Assembly (NCBI GenBank): GCA_965637545.1
Contig: OZ281495.1
Location: forward strand, 12,710,001 to 12,774,000
Direction of reading: 5' to 3'
Length of the DNA: 64,000 nt
Origin: Phallusia mammillata
Taxonomy: Eukaryota
The notes below the pieces were generated by a model. It was not told the DNA's origin and made no database searches. It saw only the letters and a list, made by a program, of their open reading frames with translations. Made by a program: the position numbers and the translations under genes. Position 1 is the stretch's first letter. Every line of letters begins with the position of its first letter. This document shows, piece by piece, positions 57,001-64,000 of the stretch.

Positions 57001-57202
57001 TTTAATAATAATGCTGATATAGTATCTAAATAAATATATTTTTTGCCATTTTCACCTTTAGGTAAACACTGAAATACATTATTATTTGCAATCTAACTAT
57101 TTAAAAGTATTATAATTACATATTTAGCAGCATTATTTTTAGGATTTCGAGTGTTGCATAAAATGCATATATACCTGCACTGTATTCATGAGCCTGCATC
57201 AT
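1..57202 (-). CDS. ARHGEF28/AKAP13-like: Lbc-family Rho guanine nucleotide exchange factor, AKAP13/ARHGEF28 (RGNEF)-like; multi-exon 5' part, continues beyond position 1
   Basis: Exons 56499-56540, 56164-56314, 54149-54284, 53812-53972, 53270-53453, 51694-51824, 49928-50224, 47261-47364, 45762-45833, 45267-45382, 44609-44654, 43730-43823, 43115-43140, 42665-42728, 42312-42348, 39602-39761, 39341-39404, 18792-18910 and 1-98 all have AG/GT ends and join in phase into one ORF (2004 nt before the last exon). N-terminus MELLPTSAPVYGGGLIVMF...KGSKQRHV...EDNAFQAVVPG...LDERLTSAFQHLILPPNWSVLG...RETLFHFAARLGL matches the AKAP13/ARHGEF28 N-terminal domain as recalled. DH-PH domains are not in the window. 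Confidence 0.85.
960..1040 (-). CDS. Candidate alternative first exon (MRNGKKKFFSCSLVNEIMRSLHSALKK)
   Basis: ATG...AAG|GTAAAT, phase 0. Confidence 0.4.
2367..2549 (-). CDS. Candidate alternative first exon (MHGRMDSKKGRSG...QKKIQQ)
   Basis: ATG ORF of 61 codons, donor CAG|GTAAAA, phase 0, in frame with exon 98. Confidence 0.55.
6573..6726 (-). CDS. Candidate internal exon (RFVGRKLRKSNSQWLNEQYL...CLENLEEH)
   Basis: Good donor |GTAAGG and a 51-codon open frame, but a weak AAG acceptor; phase 2 to 0. Confidence 0.3.
8165..8245 (-). CDS. Candidate alternative first exon (MELPLDVATPRSHDYRRINARITSNVQ)
   Basis: ATG...CAA|GTACGC, phase 0, in a GC-richer patch. Confidence 0.4.
9955..9996. promoter_or_regulatory. 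20-bp direct repeat carrying two CRE/ATF-like TGACGTAA sites
   Basis: GTCAAACACATTACGTCAGC at 9955-9974 and 9977-9996. Confidence 0.45.
10346..10426 (-). CDS. Candidate alternative first exon (MPVCTSLCFCRSLVVDYLLSPQLPQFV)
   Basis: ATG preceded by aattag|a; donor |GTAAGC, phase 0. Confidence 0.3.
11330..11841. mobile_element. Non-autonomous hAT DNA transposon (MITE), 512 bp
   Basis: 25-bp perfect TIR CAGTGTTTCATACCGGAACGGAACG; perfect 8-bp TSD ACTGAAAG; internal CCGGAACG and CCGAAATA subterminal repeats. Confidence 0.92.
18017..18222 (-). CDS. Candidate alternative first exon (MDSSADLADF...KHNVR)
   Basis: True ATG ORF of 69 aa with donor GAG|GTAAAA, phase 2. Confidence 0.4.
18792..18910 (-). 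CDS. RhoGEF exon: SSVNHDPGKLHYVIHPPLEGRQRSNNNHRPLSSSTCFPL
   Basis: tccctag| and |gtacgt; the phase 1 to 0 exon needed to link 39341 or 20180 to exon 98. Confidence 0.7.
20180..21178 (-). CDS. Large Ser/Arg/Pro-rich RhoGEF exon (999-nt symmetric cassette, or alternative first exon from ATG 21149)
   Basis: Longest ORF in the window (352 codons) with disordered signalling-protein composition; donor A|GTAAGT at 20180 (phase 1); in-frame phase-1 acceptor aaatcag| at 21178. Confidence 0.8.
35602..35938. mobile_element. Non-autonomous hAT (Charlie-like) MITE, 337 bp
   Basis: TIR CAGGGGTTCTTAACC / CAGTGTTTCTTAACC (13 of 15 match); perfect 8-bp TSD TCTTAGGG. Confidence 0.88.
36900..36984 (-). CDS. 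Candidate alternative first exon (MATTFYRFCPRRFYRQTLLADVFLQSVT)
   Basis: tttgttttag immediately before the ATG; strong donor CAG|GTAAGG; phase 1, matching exon 18910. Confidence 0.5.
38765..38798 (-). CDS. Weak candidate alternative first exon (MVCGLNNPMRV)
   Basis: ATG 5 nt after ctatttttag; donor GTGG|GTACGG, phase 1, matching exon 18910. Confidence 0.25.
39341..39404 (-). CDS. RhoGEF exon: AKAKSLAELRYGNGHSLQEED
   Basis: tttttag| and |gtacgt; phase 0 to 1. Confidence 0.75.
39602..39761 (-). CDS. RhoGEF exon with Pro-rich SH3-ligand-like PLPPPVPPKP and RKLSFLERMR
   Basis: tgttag| acceptor; two in-frame donors (exon end 39620 |gtgaga or 39602 |gtaagg); phase 2 to 0. Confidence 0.8.
40082..40276. 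repeat. Perfect 73-bp inverted repeat with 49-bp spacer (foldback or MITE-like)
   Basis: Arms 40082-40154 and 40204-40276 checked base by base as exact reverse complements. Confidence 0.95.
41766..41981. mobile_element. Degenerate MITE-like element with ~39-bp imperfect TIRs and an internal TTAGGG-like motif
   Basis: GACAAAGTTT...AGGTGGCG.AAAGAGC at both ends in inverted orientation; core ttagggtcagggttagg. Confidence 0.55.
42312..42348 (-). CDS. RhoGEF 37-nt exon: DRRSTISEGVIP
   Basis: ttcccag| and |gtgggt; phase 1 to 2. Confidence 0.7.
42665..42728 (-). CDS. RhoGEF exon: VDGRRSKSLSSQFADQKNSEQ
   Basis: attttag| and |gtaaac; phase 0 to 1. Confidence 0.75.
43115..43140 (-). CDS. RhoGEF 26-nt microexon: GTEEVRPNI
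   Basis: cttctag| and |gtgagt; phase 1 to 0, needed for frame continuity. Confidence 0.65.
43730..43823 (-). CDS. RhoGEF exon: GEESKSPTVVRRLERH...NAGTQ
   Basis: tttttag| and |gtaacg; phase 0 to 1. Confidence 0.75.
44609..44654 (-). CDS. RhoGEF exon: LSFQQEDEAVGDIQQ
   Basis: cttccag| and |gtaacg; phase 2 to 0. Confidence 0.7.
45267..45382 (-). CDS. RhoGEF exon containing RRHSW: SNSAPFDDADRSPTSLRRHSWHSAESLDDEVTPAVQQR
   Basis: ataacag| and |gtaagt; phase 0 to 2. Confidence 0.8.
45762..45833 (-). CDS. RhoGEF exon: IIATRIAEQSQGRNMPYTESADQT
   Basis: ctgcag| and |gtaagt; phase 0 to 0. Confidence 0.75.
45955..46546. mobile_element. Non-autonomous hAT (Charlie-like) MITE, 592 bp
   Basis: 16-bp perfect TIR CAGGGGTGGGGAACCT; degenerate TSD GGTTTAAT / GTTTAGAT. 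Confidence 0.82.
46678..47147 (+). mobile_element. 5'-truncated Penelope-like retroelement: GIY-YIG endonuclease C-terminus plus 3' tail, flanked by an inverted copy of its 3' end
   Basis: 46731-46952 reads ITRIKEHQTNEKSEVCRHL...ILDATSDRIRLFILESLLIQQHAPGLNVDTTSMPLRLFNT* (RIxEH, ExxxI and PxLN motifs; no start codon, so absent from the ORF track); 53-bp perfect inverted repeat 46678-46730 / 47095-47147. Confidence 0.8.
47261..47364 (-). CDS. RhoGEF exon: NTFNDSYESPSTP...EHLEAQ
   Basis: tttgcag| and |gtaaac; phase 1 to 0. Confidence 0.75.
49928..50224 (-). CDS. RhoGEF exon: acidic, Tyr-rich region DIEFEALVKT...DKGEFL
   Basis: atcacag| and |gtaagt; 297 nt, phase 1 to 1; overlaps ORF 49884-50207. 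Confidence 0.8.
51694..51824 (-). CDS. RhoGEF exon: PHVHGVIRWENK...NLWPTL
   Basis: ttcttcag| and |gtaaaa; phase 2 to 1 bridges its neighbours. Confidence 0.8.
53270..53453 (-). CDS. RhoGEF exon: ankyrin-like RETLFHFAARLGL...NRHGDFAEDIA
   Basis: Phase 1 to 2; tttgcag| and |gtaagt; family motif RETL.HFA.RLGL. Confidence 0.92.
53812..53972 (-). CDS. RhoGEF exon: VHNLESLEDW...LDERLTSAFQHLILPPNWSVLGDPDT
   Basis: Phase 2 to 1; matches the LD..L..AF.HL.LP..W.VLG family motif. Confidence 0.92.
54149..54284 (-). CDS. RhoGEF exon: DHEPPERVEVAVYVRF...CYLARYLAD
   Basis: tttag| acceptor, |gtaaga donor, phase 1 to 2, open frame. Confidence 0.9.
56164..56314 (-). CDS. RhoGEF exon: GGGLIVMFLPENF...QAVVP
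   Basis: AG/GT ends, phase 0 to 1; GSKQRHV and EDN..Q..VPG motifs of the AKAP13/ARHGEF28 N-domain. Confidence 0.92.
56499..56540 (-). CDS. RhoGEF exon: MTRMELLPTSAPVY
   Basis: Acceptor ttatattgcag 2 nt before the ATG; donor GTACGT; resembles ARHGEF28 MELSCSEAPLY. Confidence 0.85.
57175..57202 (-). CDS. Possible upstream first coding exon of the RhoGEF (MMQAHEYSA)
   Basis: ATG at 57202, donor GCAG|GTATAT, phase 1; joins acceptor TTGCAG|AC at 56542 in frame with ATG 56540. Confidence 0.45.
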
Positions 57203-58538
57203 TCTGCGGTTCTTCAAAGTGATGGTGTGTTTCAGAATTTAAGAGCAATTATAGAATTATTACAAAACAACATTGTTCTGTTGATATAAATGAAGGTTCT
57301 GTGGCAATTAAACATGGAAACACTTCGGTTTAATGGATTTTGGCAAATGTAAGATTTTGCAAAAATTAATTTCGGTTAGCCAACATTCAAGTCTTGACCC
57401 AAAAAGTGCATGCTGCATCTACCTCCAAAGTGTGGATAAAAACTTCAAAAGCATGTAAGTGTTGAATAAGTAAACAATACAAAAATTGCCTGAAGCAAAG
57501 AACATAAATAAACTTTTTTTGATTTTCTGCTAATAAAGTTGATATCTCTATTTTACATTGTTTTAATAATTGAAATGCAAATACTGATTTGTTAAGTTGA
57601 TGTGTGATTTGCAAATTTTTTTTGTTTATGAGATAACCTGTAGGTTCTACTGCAAATAACATTTTGCTAAAAATGCACAAGAAATCCGGTATAGCAGAAC
57701 AAGAGTTCCTCTTATTTCAAAATACTTCAAATGGTCTGAATCTGAATAATGAAACAATGCATGTTGAAAAGTGTTTAAAATAAAAAGCTTTGCTAAACAC
57801 GTGTTGTGCTGGTAGAAATGGTCTTAAATAGACAGAAAAACTACTGCAATTCAGTTTCCCAAAAATAGTTTTTCAGTAATCTGAACTAAAGAACGGCGAT
57901 TGAACAAATTAAGCCAAGCAACTCACGTTTAACAAAATATTGTTGGTATTTAAAGTTTTGAAACCAGGGGTGCTAAAGTTACAAAAACTAACACAACGTA
58001 TTTCACTGTAAAGTAGAAATATATCAACATCAAGTCATCAATCACCACCACAAAAACAAGACATTAAAATAGACGTCTTTCAACAGTGGTTGGTGCTGGT
58101 GGTTACGTCAACAGTTTTGGCTAAAAATGTTTGCAAATCAAATCAATGCACAGTTTTCTTAATCAGTTTCCGAGTATACACCATAATGCTTACAAAACAT
58201 ATCCGAAAGTACGGAAACCAAACTTCCACAAACAATTAGATGAAAACAACACACGGGAATTTTGCTCAGCAAAGATCCCTTCTGCTGTTACTAAATCCAA
58301 TGAGATAAATGTCCCTTTTTAGTTTTTAAACGTTTTAAATCTAAGCGTGAACTTTTTGGGCCCCACCCGGATGTTGTATTGTTTTAATTTAAAGCATTTC
58401 TTTATATTTTTGCTTACTCTAGACTACCTTGTTTTGTACAAGTTTTCTCTTCGGTACCTAGACTGTTGGTCTGTTCTTGAATGAACACTAGAAGTGATCG
58501 GAAAATAAAGCAGTACCGGTTTCAAAATGCTTTTGCAT

Positions 58539-58544
58539 TTTATT
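58539..58544 (-). terminator. Polyadenylation signal AATAAA of the VWF-like gene
   Basis: TTTATT on the + strand about 340 nt downstream of the stop. Confidence 0.5.
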
Positions 58545-58571
58545 GCAATGATAAAAACAAAAAGGAACAAA

Positions 58572-58626
58572 TCAGGTCAGGTCAGGTCAGGTCAGGTCAG
58601 GTCCAGGTCAGATCAGGTTCGGTCAG
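58572..58626. repeat. (TCAGG)n pentanucleotide microsatellite in the VWF-like 3' UTR
   Basis: Six perfect units followed by degenerate units. Confidence 0.9.
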
Positions 58627-58880
58627 ATTGCCGACAAATGATAAAACGATACGATAACGTAAAACACAAACAAAAAATCAAAAGAAAAAACGAGAAACAC
58701 AAGACCGCCGAAACAGTCTTGTGGGCAAAAATCGGGTTAGTCAGTTTCCAGTCCGTCACCGCAAGACGTAGTGAAAAGCACAAAATTTCGCAAAAAAAAG
58801 AAAAAATGGAAGAACTGTACAAATAGTCATTGGTCGCTAATAACAACGATCAACTCGATTAAATTGGCTTCCTCGTTGGC

Positions 58881-58970
58881 TTACGAAGCCCCGTTGGCAT
58901 TGAAAGCGGCATTTAGCGCTTGCTCAAGTGCTTGTTTGATGCCGGATTTCGTCGCACTTACTTTCACCAC
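58881..58970 (-). CDS. VWF-like terminal exon (VVKVSATK...ANGAS*)
   Basis: atttgcag| acceptor; TAA stop at 58883-58881; followed by an AATAAA. Confidence 0.75.
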   Translation of the reverse strand: MVKVSATKSGIKQALEQALNAAFNANGAS

Positions 58971-61900
58971 CTGCAAATATACCAAGTTTAAAACGTTTAA
59001 AAGTGCATGTTTTAATGATTCGTTAAAGTAGGGTATGCATATGATATGGTCGTTAAACATAGTTGTCCCAAAGGACCAAAAAAGGAGATACTGGGTTTCC
59101 CCGGAAAGCAGTGCAGGTTTCCAGCCCAACTATTTTAATAATTGTTCAATACACACGTAAAAGTAGGTTATATTGTAAATATAAACAACAAAATTGTAGG
59201 CTATCCCTAAACTAAAACATTGTATTTAAAACATGAGCAAAATTGCCGAGACGTAAAACGTCGGAGTAGCCTTTTGTATAGTCTTCCAGTTACGGTGACA
59301 GGAGTAACTACAGCCTACTTACATCCAGCTGCGGTGCATCAAGGTTGTACTTGGCCAAAAGACTTCGTACCGCCTCCGAAATGGCAACGGTGTCTTTTGA
59401 AACGTTGTCAACCTCCAGCACTTTAACTTGGTAGTTGAGGCCGTCTTTCCAGGACGCCACAATCCCTACGTTGCTCTACAAAGGCAAAAATGCAGTCCAA
59501 ACATAAAACAACCTAAATCTAGCAAGCATTTTTATGTAACAGATATTATATAGCCTACGTGTAGATATTTTAAGCTGTAAACATTCAATGTCCATTAAAT
59601 GAAGAGACATGTGTGTCTGAAGAGGTTTTGCTAATAGCAGTTTCATATCTTTAAAATCGTACCTTGTTTCCGGATGTAACAGGGTCTTTGACAGACATGG
59701 TTGGTACGACATTCCATCCATCGCATATTCCATGACCAGAACATACGCATTTCGTAATGTTCACAAACGTTAAAGACGTCTGAAACAAACAAAACAGTAA
59801 AACTTTATTGAAATAAAATTACTTATTTAAGACGCTTTAAAACATTTCTTAAATCATTAAATTCTTTTTACAAAACTGTTCAGTTAAAAATCATCAAGTA
59901 TACCTGACTACCGTCTTGACAAGTCGCTGTCACCGTTGCATTGTCGTATTTGTCCGCCTTACAACACGAGCAATGTTGTACGTAACTTCCAGTGGCTTCG
60001 TTAAAGTGCGAGGCACTACCGCAGTTTCCTTGGCAAGAGGTAAGAACGATTGATTGGTCAGTTTGGCAACCTCGAATCTGGTATTGGCGGGAAACCATCG
60101 GTACTGCTTCGCAGCTCTCCCGGGCGGCTACGCCTGTAATTTCACGTTCATTCTGGTTTATAAGGTAAAAGCCATTTTGACTTTGTCCGAATGTATTGAA
60201 AGTGTAAAATCGTTAAATTTTTATTTTGAAAATATACACTATGTCACTACGTCACTGCATCAACCCAAGCTCAATTCCGAATGCATTTTTCTGGTTTTAG
60301 TTGATTGTGAAATCTTTGACAAATCAAACTCGTGTTTAGCAAACCTTGTGTTTCTAGTCTTTGTAAACAACTTACATTCAGCGCAACAGCCGTCAGCGTC
60401 ATAGAATATGGTTCCCTGCAACAAAAACAAAGTTCAAGAAAACTTTGAAGGTCACTGAGTTAATTAAATAAATGTTAAACGTCACAAATTGGGGCACCAA
60501 TTGAAATAACCAATGGCTAGAAGTATTGATTGTGGAGTTTATATTTCATTGTAGTTTGTTGAACTTACCCCGGCTTCGATGCACGCTGTTATATTTACTG
60601 TCGGACAAAGTGTCTCTGACGTCAGTGTAACGGCATATCCGTCTTCACCTGCTACACATTGGTAAGCGTGACATCGTTGCCTATGGGCCTGCCCTATCTG
60701 AAAACAATGATAACAAATGGAAGTATTTTAAATGTTCATTTAGACTTGCTTAGTATAGCTTGAATTTTATTGTTACAAAATACAACACAAAGTAGCTATA
60801 TCTTCTTTTGACAATTATTATCTTTACGATCAAAACAGCCAAGATAAAAATGCATCCATACTGGGATCAGCCGTAAAGGGTCTATGCACACCACAAAAAT
60901 CTAGCCTGTGGTGGGATTCGAACCCTCCGCAGGAGTCTTTCCTGGACTCGCTCTCGAACAACTGAGTTACACAGCCTCAGCTGTAAACACCGAAAGTCGA
61001 CCAAAACAAGAATTTTGCCAAAACTGAATGAAATGTCCATTTAAGATATAAGCTATACTACCATTGAAAGTTTTTTTAGTTTCGACTGTAAACTTTCGGT
61101 TGATTTTTAATGACGTACCTGCAATACCATGGTAGCATTGTTTAAGCTGTCGACCACAATAGTGATGTTACATTCAGTTGGGCGGCAAACACCGCAACAT
61201 GTACCCGGTATCGCTTGTCTGTCATATCCCTGCAAAGCAAAACGGATCAAACATGTCATTGATAACAATTTAAAACAATCTTAAACAAAAATAAAACCAG
61301 TAAAAAGAATTTAGCTAATCTTCCTAAAGTTTATCAATGGACGACAGGTATTGTATTGAGTTTAACTCCTTTATGTATACGCCGTAAAGTACTTGTACAT
61401 ACTGTTTAAGCTTAAGCGCACCAACATGTCTTGCCTGAACGTTAACACCAGAGGTTCCCAACAATGCAAAACATGTTCATTCCTACCTAATAGACCATAG
61501 AGTAGATGCTAAACCATACAGAGATTATTCAAAAGTTGGGTATTACATCAACTTTTCACGCTATATTCCTAGACCTAAAGTGTTTTTTTACAAACCACAT
61601 GTATACAAATTAAAGTAAATTCTCTGCTCAAGTTTAAGTTTTAAAAGTCCTCCCCGTGTGGGAACGAGTGGTTTACACAGTAACAGAGTTGTAAGCCAAG
61701 CCGGGCTTGAGTCACGTGCGGGTTCGATCTAGCGGAAAAACAATAGGGGCTTGATTCCAGGTCGCACTCGGCATTATCATTGCCGCATTTTCTACAACTT
61801 TCGTGTTTAATTTGGTATTTTTTGGATTCGGCCTTGTACTTTTATGTCCCAATTTCAGACTCTCCACAACAAAGCATCATGTAGAAGTATGTTACCGGAG

Positions 61901-63939
61901 GGCAGTTTTGACAAGTGGTAACGTTGCATTGTGCATCGTAGAATCCATCTGGTCTCTTATTATGTGAACATACACACGTTGTGCATGGATCCTCTTGCCA
62001 TGTCCCATCAGGTAATACAAGCTGAGTACAAAAAAGTTTTTTTTCAAAATCTGTACATAACCAAGGTGACAAAAAGAAAAAAATCATGTGTTTCTTACCT
62101 CGTTAGTAGCGTTCGTAATGCAAACCTCCTGTGGCTCTACAGAAAAAAAAAAAACCCGTAATGTTTAAAGTGTTCAAAAAGGCTTAACAAATTTTCCTTC
62201 AAAGTTGAACAAGGCAGAACTTGATATTGTATTGATACACTGTGTCGTTATTTTTGTGTTTTTACTAAGCGTCATAAACTCTTAATTTAACAAATTTAAC
62301 AACCTTTGAATTCAAACCCTAACTAGTTGCGTTCTGCACAAACAGCACGCAGGAATACATAAATGTTACTTGCTAACTTAAGTTTATGACATTTTTCATG
62401 CTTTAGGTATACTGCTATGAGCGTTGCCGTTTTGATCCTTGCTGAATCGATCAAGAGTTTATCCTTCAACGTTTGTATGAAAACTTTTCACACTAAGCTT
62501 TATGTAAGTGAGACCAAATGTTTGCACGTCTACAAACTACTACGTTCTAAATTGTAACAGATCCCAAATACCGAACACGGATTTTCAGCTAAGAACCTAC
62601 CGCAGTTGCATGCCAAGCAGCAGTCCACGTTTCCACACTTAAGGTTGTAACCAAATTCACAAGTTCTGTTGACAGTCGGACAATCTATGTGAACTTGCTC
62701 GATCACGTGGTTTCCATTTGAATCAAGTTTGCAAGTAAGAATGTAACACGGTTCGCCCGGCTGCTGCCATGACTCATTGATCTGAAATTACTAAGCGGTT
62801 ATCCTATGCAATATACGTATTTATTTTATGTGTACTTATTCAGTGCGGTTGAGTAAAAACTTTTGTTACTTATATCTGTGTTTCACAAAAATATAGAGCC
62901 GCGAAAATTTAACAACGTTGTGAGTACGTGCAGTTTTGGATTCGTTTTATAAGTAACAACTAGATTAAATCCATGTGTTTTTGCATAACATACAGGTACA
63001 CTTTTCGCCAAGTTTAAACGTATGATATTTGCCTAAAACTCGGAATCTAATAAAAACGTTCATAATTAAGGGCCAAGCATAAAACGGATTTAAAAATTTT
63101 CATACGTGATGATAGGTTGAAAAGGTTTCGTTTCCCACAATGCACTGCTCCTGTTTGCAAGCTGGACAACATACGTCGATTACTGGTTCTTCGCGGTAAC
63201 CCTATAATGTACAAAGGGTGTAACTTGAGAGCGGGACTGATCCAGTACCAATATACGTTTGAACCACGCCGTTTCCTTCCATATTCAGTATTTTTAACAA
63301 ATGAATAAAAATATATCACCAATTAGAAAAATATACAAAATTATTCTCTAGTTTTGTGCATGAATCGAAAATGTTAGTTTAAATTAAAGAATACAAAAAA
63401 TATTTCACCTTCCAATGTTAAGTATTTTTTAAAGACACTCAGAAACGATTGTAATGTAAGACCTAACCAAACAAATCTCTTGATTCTTCTGTACTAATAG
63501 TCGACTAATGAGGGTCAAAAAAATTAAACTCAACTTACTGTAGGACATGGGGAGCATCTGTTTGAAGTGTCGTTGCATGTTGGTTGGCGGTAACCAGTTG
63601 CTGGATCAAGCACCACTGTGCAAGTACACTCCGTACAAGGCTTGCCTGGAAGCGTCCATACGTCACCTATTGGCTTCACAGTTTGACCCTGAGCTTCAAG
63701 AATCATACAAACAGGTCCAGGCACTGGAATACAAGATAAAATTATGTAAGACGAAATGTCGTATCAGCAATAACTTAAGCTTAAAAAGCAATAGAGTCAG
63801 TTTAGTTTGCATTCGCTTTTTATGTTAGCTTAAAAACAAGGCAGTGGTGGACCGCTTGAAACTTGAAATTTACAAAACACTTACCGCATTTTTCTATAGT
63901 GCAGTTGCACATATCGGTCGTTGTTTCCTTTACTTCGCC
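58881..63939 (-). CDS. VWF-like: von Willebrand factor-like secreted protein, 3' part: C2(end)-C3-C4-C5-C6-cystine knot plus C-terminal extension; continues beyond 64000
   Basis: 13 exons (63885-63939, 63539-63723, 63106-63201, 62601-62781, 62099-62136, 61896-62021, 61119-61229, 60569-60697, 60376-60415, 59904-60133, 59663-59779, 59323-59475, 58881-58970) join in phase: 1551 nt, 516 aa plus stop. Cys spacing follows the VWF C domains and CK. Many N-glycosylation sequons. Confidence 0.88.
59323..59475 (-). CDS. VWF-like post-CK extension exon (SNVGIVASWKDG...DAPQLD)
   Basis: ctttgtag| and |gtaagt; 51 open codons in phase 0. Confidence 0.75.
59663..59779 (-). CDS. VWF-like exon: end of CK (KCVCSGHGIC) plus linker
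   Basis: gtttcag| and AAG|gtacga; phase 0 to 0. Confidence 0.88.
59904..60133 (-). CDS. VWF-like exon, C-terminal cystine knot (CQGNC...HCSCC...C)
   Basis: attacag| and |gtatac; CxGxC and CxCC knot motifs. Confidence 0.92.
60376..60415 (-). CDS. VWF-like exon: GTIFYDADGCCAE
   Basis: gttgcag| and |gtaagt; phase 0 to 1. Confidence 0.85.
60569..60697 (-). CDS. VWF-like exon, C6-like
   Basis: ttttcag| and |gtaagt; phase 0 to 0. Confidence 0.88.
60904..60976 (-). pseudogene. tRNA-like element (pseudo-tRNA or tRNA-derived SINE head) in a VWF-like intron
   Basis: 73-nt cloverleaf layout; A-box TAACTCAGTTG, B-box GGTTCGAATCC; perfect anticodon stem GAGTC/GACTC with loop CAGGAAA; mismatches in acceptor and T stems; no U33; T5 run 4 nt downstream. 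Confidence 0.65.
61119..61229 (-). CDS. VWF-like exon: GYDRQAIPGTCCGVCRPTEC...MVLQ
   Basis: tttgcag| and |gtacgt; phase 0 to 0. Confidence 0.9.
61896..62021 (-). CDS. VWF-like exon, C5-like (W.EDPCTTCVC...CNVTTCQNCPP)
   Basis: tactcag| and |gtaaca; phase 0 to 0. Confidence 0.9.
62099..62136 (-). CDS. VWF-like 38-nt exon: EPQEVCITNATNE
   Basis: Long poly-T acceptor, |gtaaga; phase 1 to 0. Confidence 0.85.
62601..62781 (-). CDS. VWF-like exon, C4-like (INESWQQPGEPC...CGNVDCCLACNC)
   Basis: atttcag| and |gtaggt; phase 0 to 1. Confidence 0.9.
63106..63201 (-). CDS. VWF-like exon: GYREEPVIDVCCPACKQEQCIVGNETFSTYHH
   Basis: attatag| and |gtatga; phase 0 to 0. Confidence 0.88.
63539..63723 (-). 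CDS. VWF-like exon, C3-like (W...PCTECTC...)
   Basis: ttccag| and |gtaagt; phase 1 to 0. Confidence 0.9.
63885..63939 (-). CDS. VWF-like exon: GEVKETTTDMCNCTIEKC (end of C2-like domain)
   Basis: tttttag| and |gtaagt; phase 0 to 1. Confidence 0.85.
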
Positions 63940-64000
63940 CTAAAAACGTAAGTAAAACAATTTTGGACTTACATTTAGATCATTTCAGAAAATTTGTCTC

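Noticed and set aside
57203-58540. VWF-like and RhoGEF genes as a trans-spliced operon
   Set aside because: Co-oriented, but more than 1 kb separates the polyA signal from the first RhoGEF coding candidate; no abutting acceptor seen
61651-61740. Second tRNA/SINE-like sequence with GGTTCGATC
   Set aside because: A-box and cloverleaf unconvincing
63047-63322. ORF-track frames at 63047-63322 (-) and 63117-63308 (+)
   Set aside because: The true VWF-like exon 63106-63201 is in a different frame
1-64000. CRISPR arrays, rRNA genes, prokaryotic operons or defence systems
   Set aside because: The sequence is spliceosomal-intron-containing eukaryotic DNA; no repeat-spacer array or rRNA-like sequence seen

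Overview
Eukaryotic, AT-rich (about 37% GC by eye), intron-containing animal genomic DNA with compact introns, tunicate-like by inference only. It holds two co-oriented minus-strand genes, reconstructed by hand from GT-AG boundaries and codon-phase matching. (1) The 5' part of an Lbc-family RhoGEF, AKAP13/ARHGEF28-like: 19 phase-compatible exons from ATG 56540 to the window edge give about 700 aa, with the conserved N-terminal domain and an RRHSW PKA/14-3-3-type site. The DH-PH core is presumably beyond position 1. About 39 kb of its introns carry a 999-nt optional exon and several candidate alternative first exons. (2) The 3' end of a von Willebrand factor-like gene: 13 exons, 516 aa, colinear C2(end)-C3-C4-C5-C6-CK, no RGD, and an unusual ~100-aa Cys-free extension after the cystine knot. 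The introns contain three hAT MITEs, a truncated Penelope-like element with an inverted terminal copy, a perfect 73-bp inverted repeat and a tRNA-like element. All homologies are recognised from memory; no search was run.
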